NCBI RefSeq assembly: GCF_001194135.2
Contig: NC_068981.1
Coordinates: 3,433,136 to 3,497,135 of the forward strand
DNA: 64,000 nucleotides
Source: Octopus bimaculoides
Lineage: Eukaryota
Reading direction: 5' to 3'
In this document: piece by piece, positions 36,586 to 47,690 of the stretch
How the letters are laid out: each line of letters begins with the position of its first letter
Position numbering within the stretch: position 1 is the first letter of the stretch
Notes under the pieces: generated by a model
Database searches by the model: none
What the model was told of the DNA's origin: nothing
Seen by the model: only the letters and a program-made list of their open reading frames with translations
Program-made: the position numbers and the translations under genes

Positions 36586-37522
36586 ATGTTTTGGTTAGAG
36601 TAGGAAGGACAATGCCCCAACCCTCTAAGACAGGTAGAAAGGAAGTAACTTTGTCATTATTAAGATGGTGTTTGGAGCATAATTTAACACAGAGTTTTGA
36701 TGGAAGGTTTTAATTTAAATCACTTTAACCCTTTTGTTATCATATTTCTATGCAACACACTGCATTTGTTTCATGTAATTTAGCAAAGTTAAGCTGTTGT
36801 TCGGAGCATTAATTAACAAGGAATTTTGGTTGAAGGTTTTGAGCGTGGCCGTTGCCAGTACCGTGTGACTGGCCCTCATGCTGCTGGCACATAAAAGCAC
36901 CCACTAGACTCTCGGAGCGGTTGGCGTTAGGAAGGGCATCCAGCTGTAGAAACTCTGCCAGATCAGATTGGAGCCTGGTGCAGCCTTCTGGTTTCACCAG
37001 TCCTCAGTCAAATTGTCCAACCCATGCTAGCATGGAAAGCGGACGTTAAACGATGATGATGATGATGATGACAGGGTGTTTCTATCAGAGAACCAGGAGC
37101 AGTCTCAGGTAGGTTGGTGTCAAAAGGGTTAAATCCGTGAATATTTCCATGTTGCCAAGCATCATGAAAACAAATGAAAATAAAGTCAATTTCTTTACGA
37201 CCTTCCTCGAAATTCAAAACCTTATTTCATAACAAGATCTAATTATTTTTAATGAAATAATTAAAAAGTATTTACTTCACTCAGGCTCTGCATAAATGGC
37301 GTTTGGTTTGTACCGAGTAACATAGCAAAATTATTGTGAATGGGAAACAACGCTGAGAGAACTGTTTCGTGAGAATCTGAAACGAACTGTTCATAGTTGT
37401 AAATAGAGATTAATGGCTGCTTTTATTATGTAACAAACTTGAAAACCGGGAATAATTATCAGGAAATCAGTCAGGAAATGATAAAATATAATCCACAAGT
37501 GCTTTATGGGAGCTGGTTGCTA

Positions 37523-37558
37523 TATAAATGAGTGAACGAGAGACAGAAATATCAATTA
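37523..37558 (+). promoter_or_regulatory. Candidate Pol II core promoter (TATA + Inr-like)
   Basis: TATAAA at 37523-28 and TCAATT with A at 37554, i.e. canonical -31 spacing, within a ~450-bp repeat-free block. Confidence 0.3.
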
Positions 37559-39201
37559 GAAATACGTTCTACCACTAATTGCCAACACTTTCACTGAAAT
37601 ATTGTGTAAAGATACTGGAATGGTTGTTGTGTTTATTAACCATTCAAATATACAACAGATAGGCACAGGGTGGATAAATAAAGGATAGATACGTAGAGAA
37701 GTAGTACTGCTACTACTAACATGGATATCCCACCATCTTCATAACAAAGGTTACAATCATCATCATCATCCTCACCATCACTGCCATCATAACTATCATC
37801 ATTACCATCTTCATCCCCATAACCACCACCACCACTCTAACTACTACAAACACAACCACCACCACTGCCATCACCACCACCATCATCATCATCATTGTCA
37901 GTAGTATGTTGCACTTGAAGATACCAATGCTTGTACACAGACACACAGAAAACTCTGGTCTGTCAAAACCCCATTTTGTTTCCAATCACAAAAAACGAAA
38001 AAAAAAAAAAAAGAACTGTGTTCAATTTGCCAAAATTGATTTATTAAACCTTAACAACAAAATGATAAACAATTAAAAAAACAAAACAAAGTAGAACAAA
38101 TAGTTAAGAAATTTATTGCTTTATCTCGAAGGAACTGTAGCACTAAAGATGACTTCTTTTCCCTTTTTGTTTTTACTAGTTTCAGTCATTTGACTGCAGC
38201 CATGCTGGCGCACCCCCTTTAGTCAAAGAAATGGACCGCAGGACTTGTTCTTTGTAAGCCTAGTACTTATTCTATCGGTCTCTTTTGCCGAGCCACTAAG
38301 TTATGGAGATGTAAGCACAAACATCAGTTGTCAAGCGATGGTGGGCGAGACAAACACACACACACAGATGACAGGCTTCTTTCAGTTTCCATCTACCAAA
38401 TCCACTCACAAGGCTTTGGTTGGCCTGAGGCTATAGTAGAAGACATTTGCCCAAAGTGCCACACAGTGGGACTGAACCCAGAACCATGTGGTTAGGAAGC
38501 AAGCTTCTTACCACACAGCCATAACTGCGCCTATATATATATATATCTATAAACTTCCTGTTCTAAAGTGTTCTAAAATATTTTCATCAAAATTCCATGT
38601 TAATTTATTACTCTAAACACTAGCTTAATAACGACAAAGTTATTGTACAAAATTCTTTATTATTCCCCAAATTAATTCAAACAAATACAATGTATTTCAA
38701 AAGAATTATGTAAATAAAAGAGTTAAAGTGATCCAAATTAAAACCTTGCATCAAAATTCTGTGATAATTTATGTTCCAAATGATAGTTTAATAACAACAA
38801 AATTATTTTGCTAAGTTCTTCATTATTTTCAAAATTAATTGAAACAAAGACATTATATTTCTACAGAATTATGGCAACAAAAGGGTTAAACAATTTCGGT
38901 TAGTTTTAGTTGTTGAATCAACAATTTGAAGCCATTATCAGAGAAAGACACAGATTCCGTCAGTTCTGACTCGAAGATTTTTGGCACTGAACCAAACGAT
39001 TGCTTTTAGCAGTGTTAACCTTGAGGCAAGCATTTGAACCAGGCTCCCTGTTGTCTTATCAGCAAGATTCGTTACCCTAACAGATGCTAGGGCTGGACAC
39101 CAGCCATACCAATTGCAACCAACCTTAAACCAGGAAGGGGTGGCTGTGGTAATTTATAATTGGGTGAAGAGCAAGGGGGGTGAAGAGGTTTAAGAAGAAG
39201 T

Positions 39202-39261
<60 letters not shown>

Positions 39262-39647
39262 CAGAAGAGAATGAATGCTGGACAGATAAGTTAGATAATT
39301 AAGTGGTACTACTGCTGCTGCTGCTGCTGCGTTTGTTTCTGATAAATATGTTAAGCAGACAGCATTAGAGGAGATAGGAAATGGGATCATGTGATGTTTA
39401 TGTCTTCACAAAGGGTGATTAATATTGCAAATCAAGTGAAACTTGTAGAAGCGGAAGTCACAGACCTTATCTCATCAGGAGTTTTAAGCTGTGCGTTTGT
39501 GCTGTGTTTCTGCTGCTTATGAGGTCTCAAGGCCTTTTATATTAACCTCAATGTGGGTGAACTTCCTTCATGTGAAAAAAAAACGTTTTATAATAAACCA
39601 TAATTGAAAATGGAAATAACAAGATTTTTCAATAACAGGCCTCGGTG

Positions 39648-39703
<56 letters not shown>

Positions 39704-40375
39704 TGTAACCTTTCACTGCCATAAACAGTGTCTAGACAATATAAACAGCATAAGGCATGTGAAAGAAAGTAGACAAATCAAAAGATTTCATTGCCTGACC
39801 TGTTTGAAGTAATTAAACCACTCTCTGCTCTTATAAACTACAACAGGGCATAAACCGCATCTCTATTAAATTCAATGAATACATTACTTAAGATGATGGT
39901 GGTAGTGGTGGTGGTGGTAGTTCATATGGTAGATGATAAAGTTGTATAACATGTCTCTCATTTTCAATGATTTGATATATTTATTATCCCAAAGAACATT
40001 TAATGTATCGCACACAGCCAATGCTATATTCTGTTTAACATTGAATTTATGGTGCATAATATACCTCACATAACACAAGACATATCACACACAGTAGATG
40101 TTATCTCCATAGTATAATGATAATAATAACAACAACAACAACAATAATAATAATAATAATAATGATTTCAAATTTTGGCACAAGGCCAGAAATTTTGGGG
40201 GGGAGGGGTAAGTTGATTACAGCAATCCCAGCGTTCATCTGGTACTAATGTTATCAGCCCTGAAAGGATGAAAGGCAAAGCCGACCTCAGTAGCATATTA
40301 TTAATAATCATAATAATAATAATAGTTGACGTAGAGTAGATTCATTGATTGGCTGGTTGGTTGATTTACGTTATA

Positions 40376-40725
40376 CAGAGAGAGGAGGAAGAGAGAGAGG
40401 GAGAGAGGAGGAAGAGAGAGAGGGAGAGAGGAGGAAGAGAGAGAGGGAGAGAGGAGGAAGAGAGAGAGGGAGAGAGGAGGAAGAGAGAGAGGGAGAGAGG
40501 ANNNNNNNNNNNNNNNNNNNNNNNNNNNNNNNNNNNNNNNNNNNNNNNNNNNNNNNNNNNNNNNNNNNNNNNNNNNNNNNNNNNNNNNNNNNNNNNNNNN
40601 NNNNNNNNNNNNAGGGAGAGAGGAGGAAGAGAGAGAGGGAGAGAGGAGGAAGAGAGAGAGGGAGAGAGGAGGAAGAGAGAGAGGGAGAGAGGAGGAAGAG
40701 AGAGAGGGAGAGAGGAGGAAGAGAG
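40376..40725. repeat. 23-nt homopurine minisatellite (spans N gap)
   Basis: Unit GAGAGAGGAGGAAGAGAGAGAGG with period 23. Confidence 0.9.
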
Positions 40726-41539
40726 AAATATAGAGACAGTTAGCATAAGAGGTGCAGGATGAGTGCACATACTAGGCGTAGTGGTTGGCAATGAGTAAAG
40801 GAACATAGTGAGAGAAAAAGGACCATAGGGACAGAGGAGGAAGAGGAGGAGACAGAATAATATATCTTTTGAAAATTAATATTCATTTCATCATTTTTAA
40901 AAAAGCATCAAGAAATTTAATAAAAGTTAAACTATAATTATTGTATGCCATATTTTTCTGGTATTACCAGGGTAGCACAAAGTATACATCAGTATATGAT
41001 GACAGATAACACTCTATATTCCATATAGCATTAATATTCAACCCATGGTTGGTGACAGATGGACAAGGCTTTTGTAGCTAGGAATACAACAGAGTGTAAT
41101 CCTAATGAGGGATTCTTTGCTTAGATCTGCTAGAAATAGCAGCCAAATACCTTGAAATTAATTACAACCCTCTTAAAAGAAGAGGGAATAACATCATCAC
41201 GTTCAGCAAATTCTTCTGGTCCTTCATGGAATTTACAATCACACCCAGCCATGCCAGTCTTGTTGAATTTACGGGTCTTTGCAGTGATGATAGTTTACAG
41301 AAATAAATAGAGCATGCTTTAAAGCGGTTGACCCTATTATATATGCAGAATTATTGTTGTGTGCTAATTGCTGACCTCAGCCAAGATAATTACCATCAGT
41401 GCAACCTAGTTGCCTAATAAAAAACTGTTGTCAAAGGGTNNNNNNNNNNNNNNNNNNNNNNNNNNNNNNNNNNNNNNNNNNNNNNNNNNNNNNNNNNNNN
41501 NNNNNNNNNNNNNNNNNNNNNNNNNNNNNNNNNNNNNNN

Positions 41540-41576
<37 letters not shown>

Positions 41577-42401
41577 CGACGACGACACCACCAATACTAG
41601 TGATAATGATAAGAATAAAGAGTGTGATGACAACAATGATGAGGATGACAATGATGATGAGGATGACACTCACATGGAATTAGCAATCAGGTGATGCATT
41701 CAAATGCAATTCTTTGAATAGACCCAAATTAATATTTGGTTATTTTGTGACAGAATTGGAAAAATCTACCTCTCTTGAGCACGCACACACAAACACAGAC
41801 ACACACACACACACACAAACACAGACACACACACATACAACACTACGCTCAATACATTATAACACACAAAATGGTAAAAAAAGGTAATGTTTATGAGGAG
41901 GAGGAGGAATCAACTTTACAGTCTCACATAGATTAGTTGTAAGGTGAAGGTGTTTGGTAACCAACCTCAACACATGCTTACTGCCCATAAACAACTTAAT
42001 TGGTAGCCAGCCTGAACGAATGTTTGATGTCCACGTAATAGATCATACACTTGCAGCAACAATGTTGTCATCACCGTCATCATTATCATTTAATATCCAC
42101 TTTCCATGTTGTCATGAGTTGGATGGTCCAACACGAACTGACAAGCCAGAGCACTTTGCCAATCTCCGTTGTCTGTTTTGGCATGCTTTCTACAGCTGGA
42201 TGCTCTTCCTGACACCAACCACTTTACACAGTGCTTTTTTATGAGGCACCAGCACCAGTGAGGTCACCAAGTCAGANNNNNNNNNNNNNNNNNNNNNNNN
42301 NNNNNNNNNNNNNNNNNNNNNNNNNNNNNNNNNNNNNNNNNNNNNNNNNNNNNNNNNNNNNNNNNNNGTAGGGTTAACTTCAACACAGAAAACACGAGCT
42401 A

Positions 42402-42436
<35 letters not shown>

Positions 42437-42516
42437 CTCCATATTAGAATTATCTTTTCACACTGAGTATGCTATGGTTTGGCACGTAACGAATCAGCTG
42501 CAGTGCAGACTTCAAC

Positions 42517-42565
42517 ATGACGGGTTGGGGGATTTTTTTCTTCATGGTAAACGTGCTGAATGAAG
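42517..42565 (+). CDS. Candidate first coding exon (MTGWGIFFFMVNVLNE-, phase-1 donor)
   Basis: CAACATG start context, a short hydrophobic peptide and a strong donor AAG|GTGAG in a CpG-rich repeat-free block. No homology recognised. Confidence 0.15.
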
Positions 42566-42928
42566 GTGAGGCTATAATGCCAGTCCAGAAACCAGTCCAC
42601 GTGAGTCCCGTATGCTCACAGACTGTTAAATTTCTGGAATTATTGTCAGTAGTTTTTTTTTTTGTGATTTAAATAAGAGTTTTGACTGTTATTTCTAGCA
42701 AGTAGACATACTCAGCATGTCCTTTGATTAATATAAATTTTAATCCATCAGCTATTTAAAGCTTTTTGGGGGGCCTGCAATCACCTATATTATTAATTCT
42801 GTTATTATCATTTTAATGATTTTATCCTCAATAATAATGGAGTTAATACTCATATTTTCTTTGCAAATATTTTCTGCTGAAATATTTGCTCCGTATTAGA
42901 ATTATATTTATATGTATAGTTTAATTCT

Positions 42929-43010
42929 TGCAGTCAATCGTTTCGTACAAAGATATAATGATATAAATTCATGATTGAATTAAATAAATATCATCGTACT
43001 CTTCAGTGCA
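42929..43010 (-). ncRNA. Type I hammerhead ribozyme motif (U16.1->A lesion), left arm of inverted pair
   Basis: Minus strand reads UGCA-CUGAAGA(43006-43000)-GUAC...GUAC-GAAA(42944-41)-CGAUUG-AC/UGCA. The core is intact but the cleavage triplet is broken. Confidence 0.75.
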
Positions 43011-43219
43011 GGAAGGAAAGAAACCACAATGCAAGGAACTTAAAAAAAGAATAGAGCAGGAAAAGTTGGATCTAGGAGAGTCATATTGGTATCCGTGTGA
43101 AAAAGAGATGTTTATCTTCTCCATTTTATTTTCTCACACAGATTCCAATATGACTCTCCTAGATCCAACTTTTCCTGCTCTATTCTTTTTTTAAGTTCCC
43201 TGTATAATGGTTTCTTTCC

Positions 43220-43309
43220 TTCCTGCACAGAAGAGTACGATGATGTCTATTTCATTCAATCATGAATTTATATCATTATATCTTTGTACGAAACGATCGT
43301 CTGCAAGAA
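43220..43309 (+). ncRNA. Type I hammerhead ribozyme motif (U4->A lesion), right arm of inverted pair
   Basis: UGCA-CAGAAGA(43228-34)-GUAC...GUAC-GAAA(43290-93)-CGAUCG-UC/UGCA. Palindromic stem III ACGAUCGU, GUC site at 43299-43301. Confidence 0.75.
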
Positions 43310-43400
43310 TTTAAACTTCTTATATATTTTAACACCTTGTTTCCTCCATTTCTAACAAATCGATGGGACTTATGGAACTCCATCCCATAAATTCATCATA

Positions 43401-43436
<36 letters not shown>

Positions 43437-44691
43437 NNNNNNNNNNNNNNNNNNNNNNNNNNNNNNNNNNNNNNNNNNNNNNNNNNNNNNNNNNNNNNNN
43501 NNNNNNNNNNNNNNNNNNNNNNNNNNNNNNNNNNNNNNNNNNNNNNNNNNNNNNNNNNNNNNNNNNNNNNNNNNNNNNNNNNNNNNNNNNNNNNNNNNNN
43601 NNNNNNNNNNNNNNNNNNNNNNNNNNNNNNNNNNNNNNNNNNNNNNNNNNNNNNNNNNNNNNNNNNNNNNNNNNNNNNNNNNNNNNNNNNNNNNNNNNNN
43701 NNNNNNNNNNNNNNNNNNNNNNNNNNNNNNNNNNNNNNNNNNNNNNNNNNNNNNNNNNNNNNNNNNNNNNNNNNNNNNNNNNNNNNNNNNNNNNNNNNNN
43801 NNNNNNNNNNNNNNNNNNNNNNNNNNNNNNNNNNNNNNNNNNNNNNNNNNNNNNNNNNNNNNNNNNNNNNNNNNNNNNNNNNNNNNNNNNNNNNNNNNNN
43901 NNNNNNNNNNNNNNNNNNNNNNNNNNNNNNNNNNNNNNNNNNNNNNNNNNNNNNNNNNNNNNNNNNNNNNNNNNNNNNNNNNNNNNNNNNNNNNNNNNNN
44001 NNNNNNNNNNNNNNNNNNNNNNNNNNNNNNNNNNNNNNNNNNNNNNNNNNNNNNNNNNNNNNNNNNNNNNNNNNNNNNNNNNNNNNNNNNNNNNNNNNNN
44101 NNNNNNNNNNNNNNNNNNNNNNNNNNNNNNNNNNNNNNNNNNNNATATTATTTAATGTTTGTTTTCCATGCTGGCATGAATTGGCTGGTTTGACAGGATT
44201 TAGAAAACAGCAGAGCTGTCTCAAACTCCAATGGTTTCTATGACTGGATGCCTTTCCGAATGCCAACCCCTTTACAAAGTGTACTGGGTGCTTTTTTCAT
44301 GCCACCAACACTAATGAGGTCGTTAAGTAACTTGCAAGACAGGAAAAGACAAGAAAAAGGAAGAAGTCTTCTTGACTAAGAGGTGGGGAAGTATGAGCTG
44401 GGGTGGGGGTGCACGTCTTTTGGCCAGGTATTGGGAGGTTGAAGTATGATAGAGGGACAAGTGCTAATGTCTTGCCATATGTTTTGTGTTACGCTAAGAA
44501 ATAGTACACAGTAGATCAATTTCTTCATATTCTGAATTGCTTTGACTGAGGAAGGTTTACGTAATGGATACATTTGCTATTATATTGTTGTGCAGACCTG
44601 AAACATATGTATTAAATGATTTTGGAATATCTCTGTTTGGTTTCACTTCATTATCATAACTATACACACACACACACACACACACAAACAT

Positions 44692-46108
44692 ACATTGTTT
44701 GGTTTTGGCTTAGAAAAATGTGCCAAAGCAACCTTGAAAAGAGGAAAACTAGTTAAGAGTAGCAACATCACACTAGACAAAATGAATGAAATAAGAGAAT
44801 TAGACCAAAGCCAGACATACAAATATTTAGGAATCAATGAAGTAGATACAATACAACGCACACAGATGAAAGAGAAAATAAAGAAAGAATACTATAGACG
44901 AGTTAGATCAATACTGAAAACAGAGCTCAATGCTAAAAACAATATAATAGGTATCAACACTCTAGTCGTCCCAGTTATAAGTTACAGCTACAATATCTTT
45001 AACTGGACACTAAACGAACTATCTAAAATAGACAGGAAAACAAGAAAAATAATGACAGGATATAGGATGCATCACCCAAAATCTGACATAGAAAGGCTAT
45101 ATATACAAGGTACAGAAGGTGGTAGGGGTCTTATACAGCTGGAAAACTATTATAAAATAACCACCATAGGACTGCAAAAATACCTACTTCAGAAGCAAGG
45201 AAAACTAACACNNNNNNNNNNNNNNNNNNNNNNNNNNNNNNNNNNNNNNNNNNNNNNNNNNNNNNNNNNNNNNNNNNNNNNNNNNNNNNNNNNNNNNNNN
45301 NNNNNNNNNNNNNNNNNNNNNNNNNNNNNNNNNNNNNNNNNNNNNNNNNNNNNNNNNNNNNNNNNNNNNNNNNNNNNNNNNNNNNNNNNNNNNNNNNNNN
45401 NNNNNNNNNNNNNNNNNNNNNNNNNNNNNNNNNNNNNNNNNNNNNNNNNNNNNNNNNNNNNNNNNNNNNNNNNNNNNNNNNNNNNNNNNNNNNNNNNNNN
45501 NNNNNNNNNNNNNNNNNNNNNNNNNNNNNNNNNNNNNNNNNNNNNNNNNNNNNNNNNNNNNNNNNNNNNNNNNNNNNNNNNNNNNNNNNNNNNNNNNNNN
45601 NNNNNNNNNNNNNNNNNNNNNNNNNNNNNNNNNNNNNNNNNNNNNNNNNNNNNNNNNNNNNNNNNNNNNNNNNNNNNNNNNNNNNNNNNNNNNNNNNNNN
45701 NNNNNNNNNNNNNNNNNNNNNNNNNNNNNNNATTGATGTATCAATACCAGCAGATGACAACGTCTCCCTAAAAGAAATGGAGAAACTTTCAAAATACAAA
45801 GACCTGGAAATAGAGGTAACTCGAATGTGGAATCTAAAAACAGAAACAATTCCTATCATAGTAGGTGCCTTAGGTATAATAAAAAAATATTCAGACAAAT
45901 ACATAACAAAAACACCAGGACTTACAAATATATATAACATACAGAAAATTGCACTACACACATCCTACGCAAAACACTTTCAATACAGTAACCATAAGAG
46001 CATCACAGCAAACCACAGCACATACCCAAGGCACACAGAGCTGTGCTCGGTAGTGAAGTGAAAGCACGTTATAAAAATAAAACTACTGAATAATAATAAT
46101 AATAATAA
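44692..46108 (+). mobile_element. R4/Dong-clade non-LTR retrotransposon, 5'-truncated (RT C-terminal region + restriction-like endonuclease), N gap 45212-45731
   Basis: The ORF contains FGLEKCAK...YKYLGI...HHPKSDIERLY...GGRGL. After the gap it reads IDVSIPADDNVSLKEMEKLSKYKDL...IIVGALG, the REL endonuclease signature. The 3' tail is (TAA)n at 46089-46108. Confidence 0.85.
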
Positions 46109-46281
46109 CATTAGAAAAAAAACCTTAGGAATGAGAACCCAGGTTCAAAATTTCTCCAAGGCACCTGATGAAGGCTGGAGAGTATATCAGCCGAAATGTG
46201 TTAACAAACAAGATGAGGACAAATATCTGTCAAATGTAAATGATGTACATAATTCCTCATCTCTCAAATGTAGAGTGGTAA
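46109..46281 (+). mobile_element. Head-less second body of the HHR-SINE (tandem with 46291-46625)
   Basis: Aligns to 46450-46630 almost end to end and starts directly after the (TAA)n tail of the R4/Dong element. Confidence 0.8.
46160..46202 (+). ncRNA. Minimal hammerhead motif, decayed (3-nt deletion at cleavage site)
   Basis: GGCAC-CUGAUGA(46165-71)-A-GGCUG/CAGCC-GAAA(46193-96)-UG-UGUU. Sister of the motif at 46500-46547, 340 nt upstream. Confidence 0.65.
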
Positions 46282-46290
46282 ATGTACCCA

Positions 46291-46368
46291 CGAGCCTATG
46301 GTGTAGCGGTTAAGAGCACGGGCTACTAACCCCAAGATTCCAAGTTCGATTCCAGGCAGTGACCTGAA

Positions 46369-46399
<31 letters not shown>

Positions 46400-46625
46400 G
46401 CTGCTACTACCACTACTACTACTACTACTAATAATAATAATAATAATAACATTGAAAAATACCTTAGGAATGAGAACCCAGGTTCAAAATTTCCCCCAAG
46501 ACACCTGATGAAGGCTGGAGGGTATATATCAGCCGAAACATTATGTTAGCAACAAACAAGATGAGGACAAATATCCGTCAAATGTAAATAATGTACATAA
46601 TTCCTCATCTCTCAAATATAGAACG
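46291..46625 (+). mobile_element. tRNA-derived SINE carrying a hammerhead motif in its body
   Basis: Box A TGGTGTAGCGG 46299-46309 and box B AGTTCGATTCC 46343-46353, with an anticodon-like arm GGG-CTACTAA-CCC. Internal (TAC/TAA)n at 46368-46449, then a body with HHR, ending ...CTCAAATATAGAAC. Confidence 0.75.
46500..46547 (+). ncRNA. Minimal (Penelope-type) hammerhead motif, decayed, inside tRNA-headed SINE
   Basis: GACAC-CUGAUGA(46505-11)-A-GGCUG/CAGCC-GAAA(46535-38)-CA-UU/AUGUU. Ancestral stem III ACGU is inferred from CA here versus TG in the sister copy (opposite CpG decays). Confidence 0.7.
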
Positions 46626-47310
46626 GTAAATAGGTTTGGTTTCATTTTTGTTATAAGTGACTTGGGTTTTGAGGAAAATGTTTGGCTGTTAATGAGGAGT
46701 AGGAAGAGGGAAGAAGGGGAACATATAGCTATGATAAATACATAAAATGTACAGAAAGACTTTGCGCTAATGAGGTGAGTGTAAATATTTTTGTTAATGC
46801 AGAAACATTTTTACTGCATTGCTGTAGTGAGACAGAGAAAGAGAGAGAGAGTAGGAGAAGGAGAAAGAGGTGAAGGGTAAAAGAAAAAGATGATCTATTA
46901 TAGAAGAAGGAAAATTACACGTTCACAAATGAAACAGGAGTTCTGTAAAGATTCTTCTAAATGAATAGACAACATAACATCGGTCGATAGAAAATATAAA
47001 ATATTAAGAAATTAAAAATCAACACACATACCAATGTAGATAAAAATGAATACAAGCCTCAGTCACTCTGAATAATAACAATAATAATGATAATAATGAG
47101 AAAATCTGATTACAACAGATTTCCATACACCAAAGTGATGTCTAATGTGACTAAAAAATGTTGCTATATTCAATGAATGTTTTCTGTTTTAAGCTGGAAG
47201 CCTTTTAATGATCAATAACTCAAATATTACAGACACTTTACCGATCACCTTTATTTATATAGCCTCACCTGCAATGACACTGTCTATATACCACCACAAA
47301 CATCGTCTCA

Positions 47311-47690
47311 CCTGCATTAACGCTGCCTCACCTGTACCAACACTACTACCTCATCTCTATTAATACTGCTTCACCTGTACCAACACTACCTTATCTTTAT
47401 TAATACTGGTTCACTCGTACCAACAATGCCTCACCTGTACCAACACTGCTTCACCTGTACCAACAGAGCCTCCTCTCTATTAACGCTGTTTCACTTGTAC
47501 CAACACTGTCTCATCTTTATTAACACAGGTTCACCTGTATCAGCACTGTCTCACCTATATCAACACTACCTCACCTGTACCAAAACTGCGTCATCTCTAT
47601 TAACACAGGTTCAGCTGTACCAACGCTGGTACACATGTACCCCTGTACCAACACTGTCTCACTTGTACTCCTTTACCTGCACCAACAATC
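47311..47690. repeat. 20-nt minisatellite with two unit types in higher-order arrangement
   Basis: A=TCACCTGTACCAACACTGCC-like and B=TCATCTCTATTAACACTGGT-like. In exact 20-nt register from 47351 the order is BABAAA BABAAA BA. Confidence 0.85.

Larger units (their letters stand above)
42919..43316. mobile_element. Foldback made of two head-to-head copies of an HHR-bearing repeat
   Basis: Arms 42919-43103 and 43129-43316 are reverse complements with few mismatches. Each arm carries an HHR near its outer end. Confidence 0.85.

Noticed and set aside
46291-46360. tRNA gene
   Set aside because: Anticodon ACT, imperfect stems and direct continuation into a microsatellite and SINE body indicate a SINE head, not a functional tRNA.
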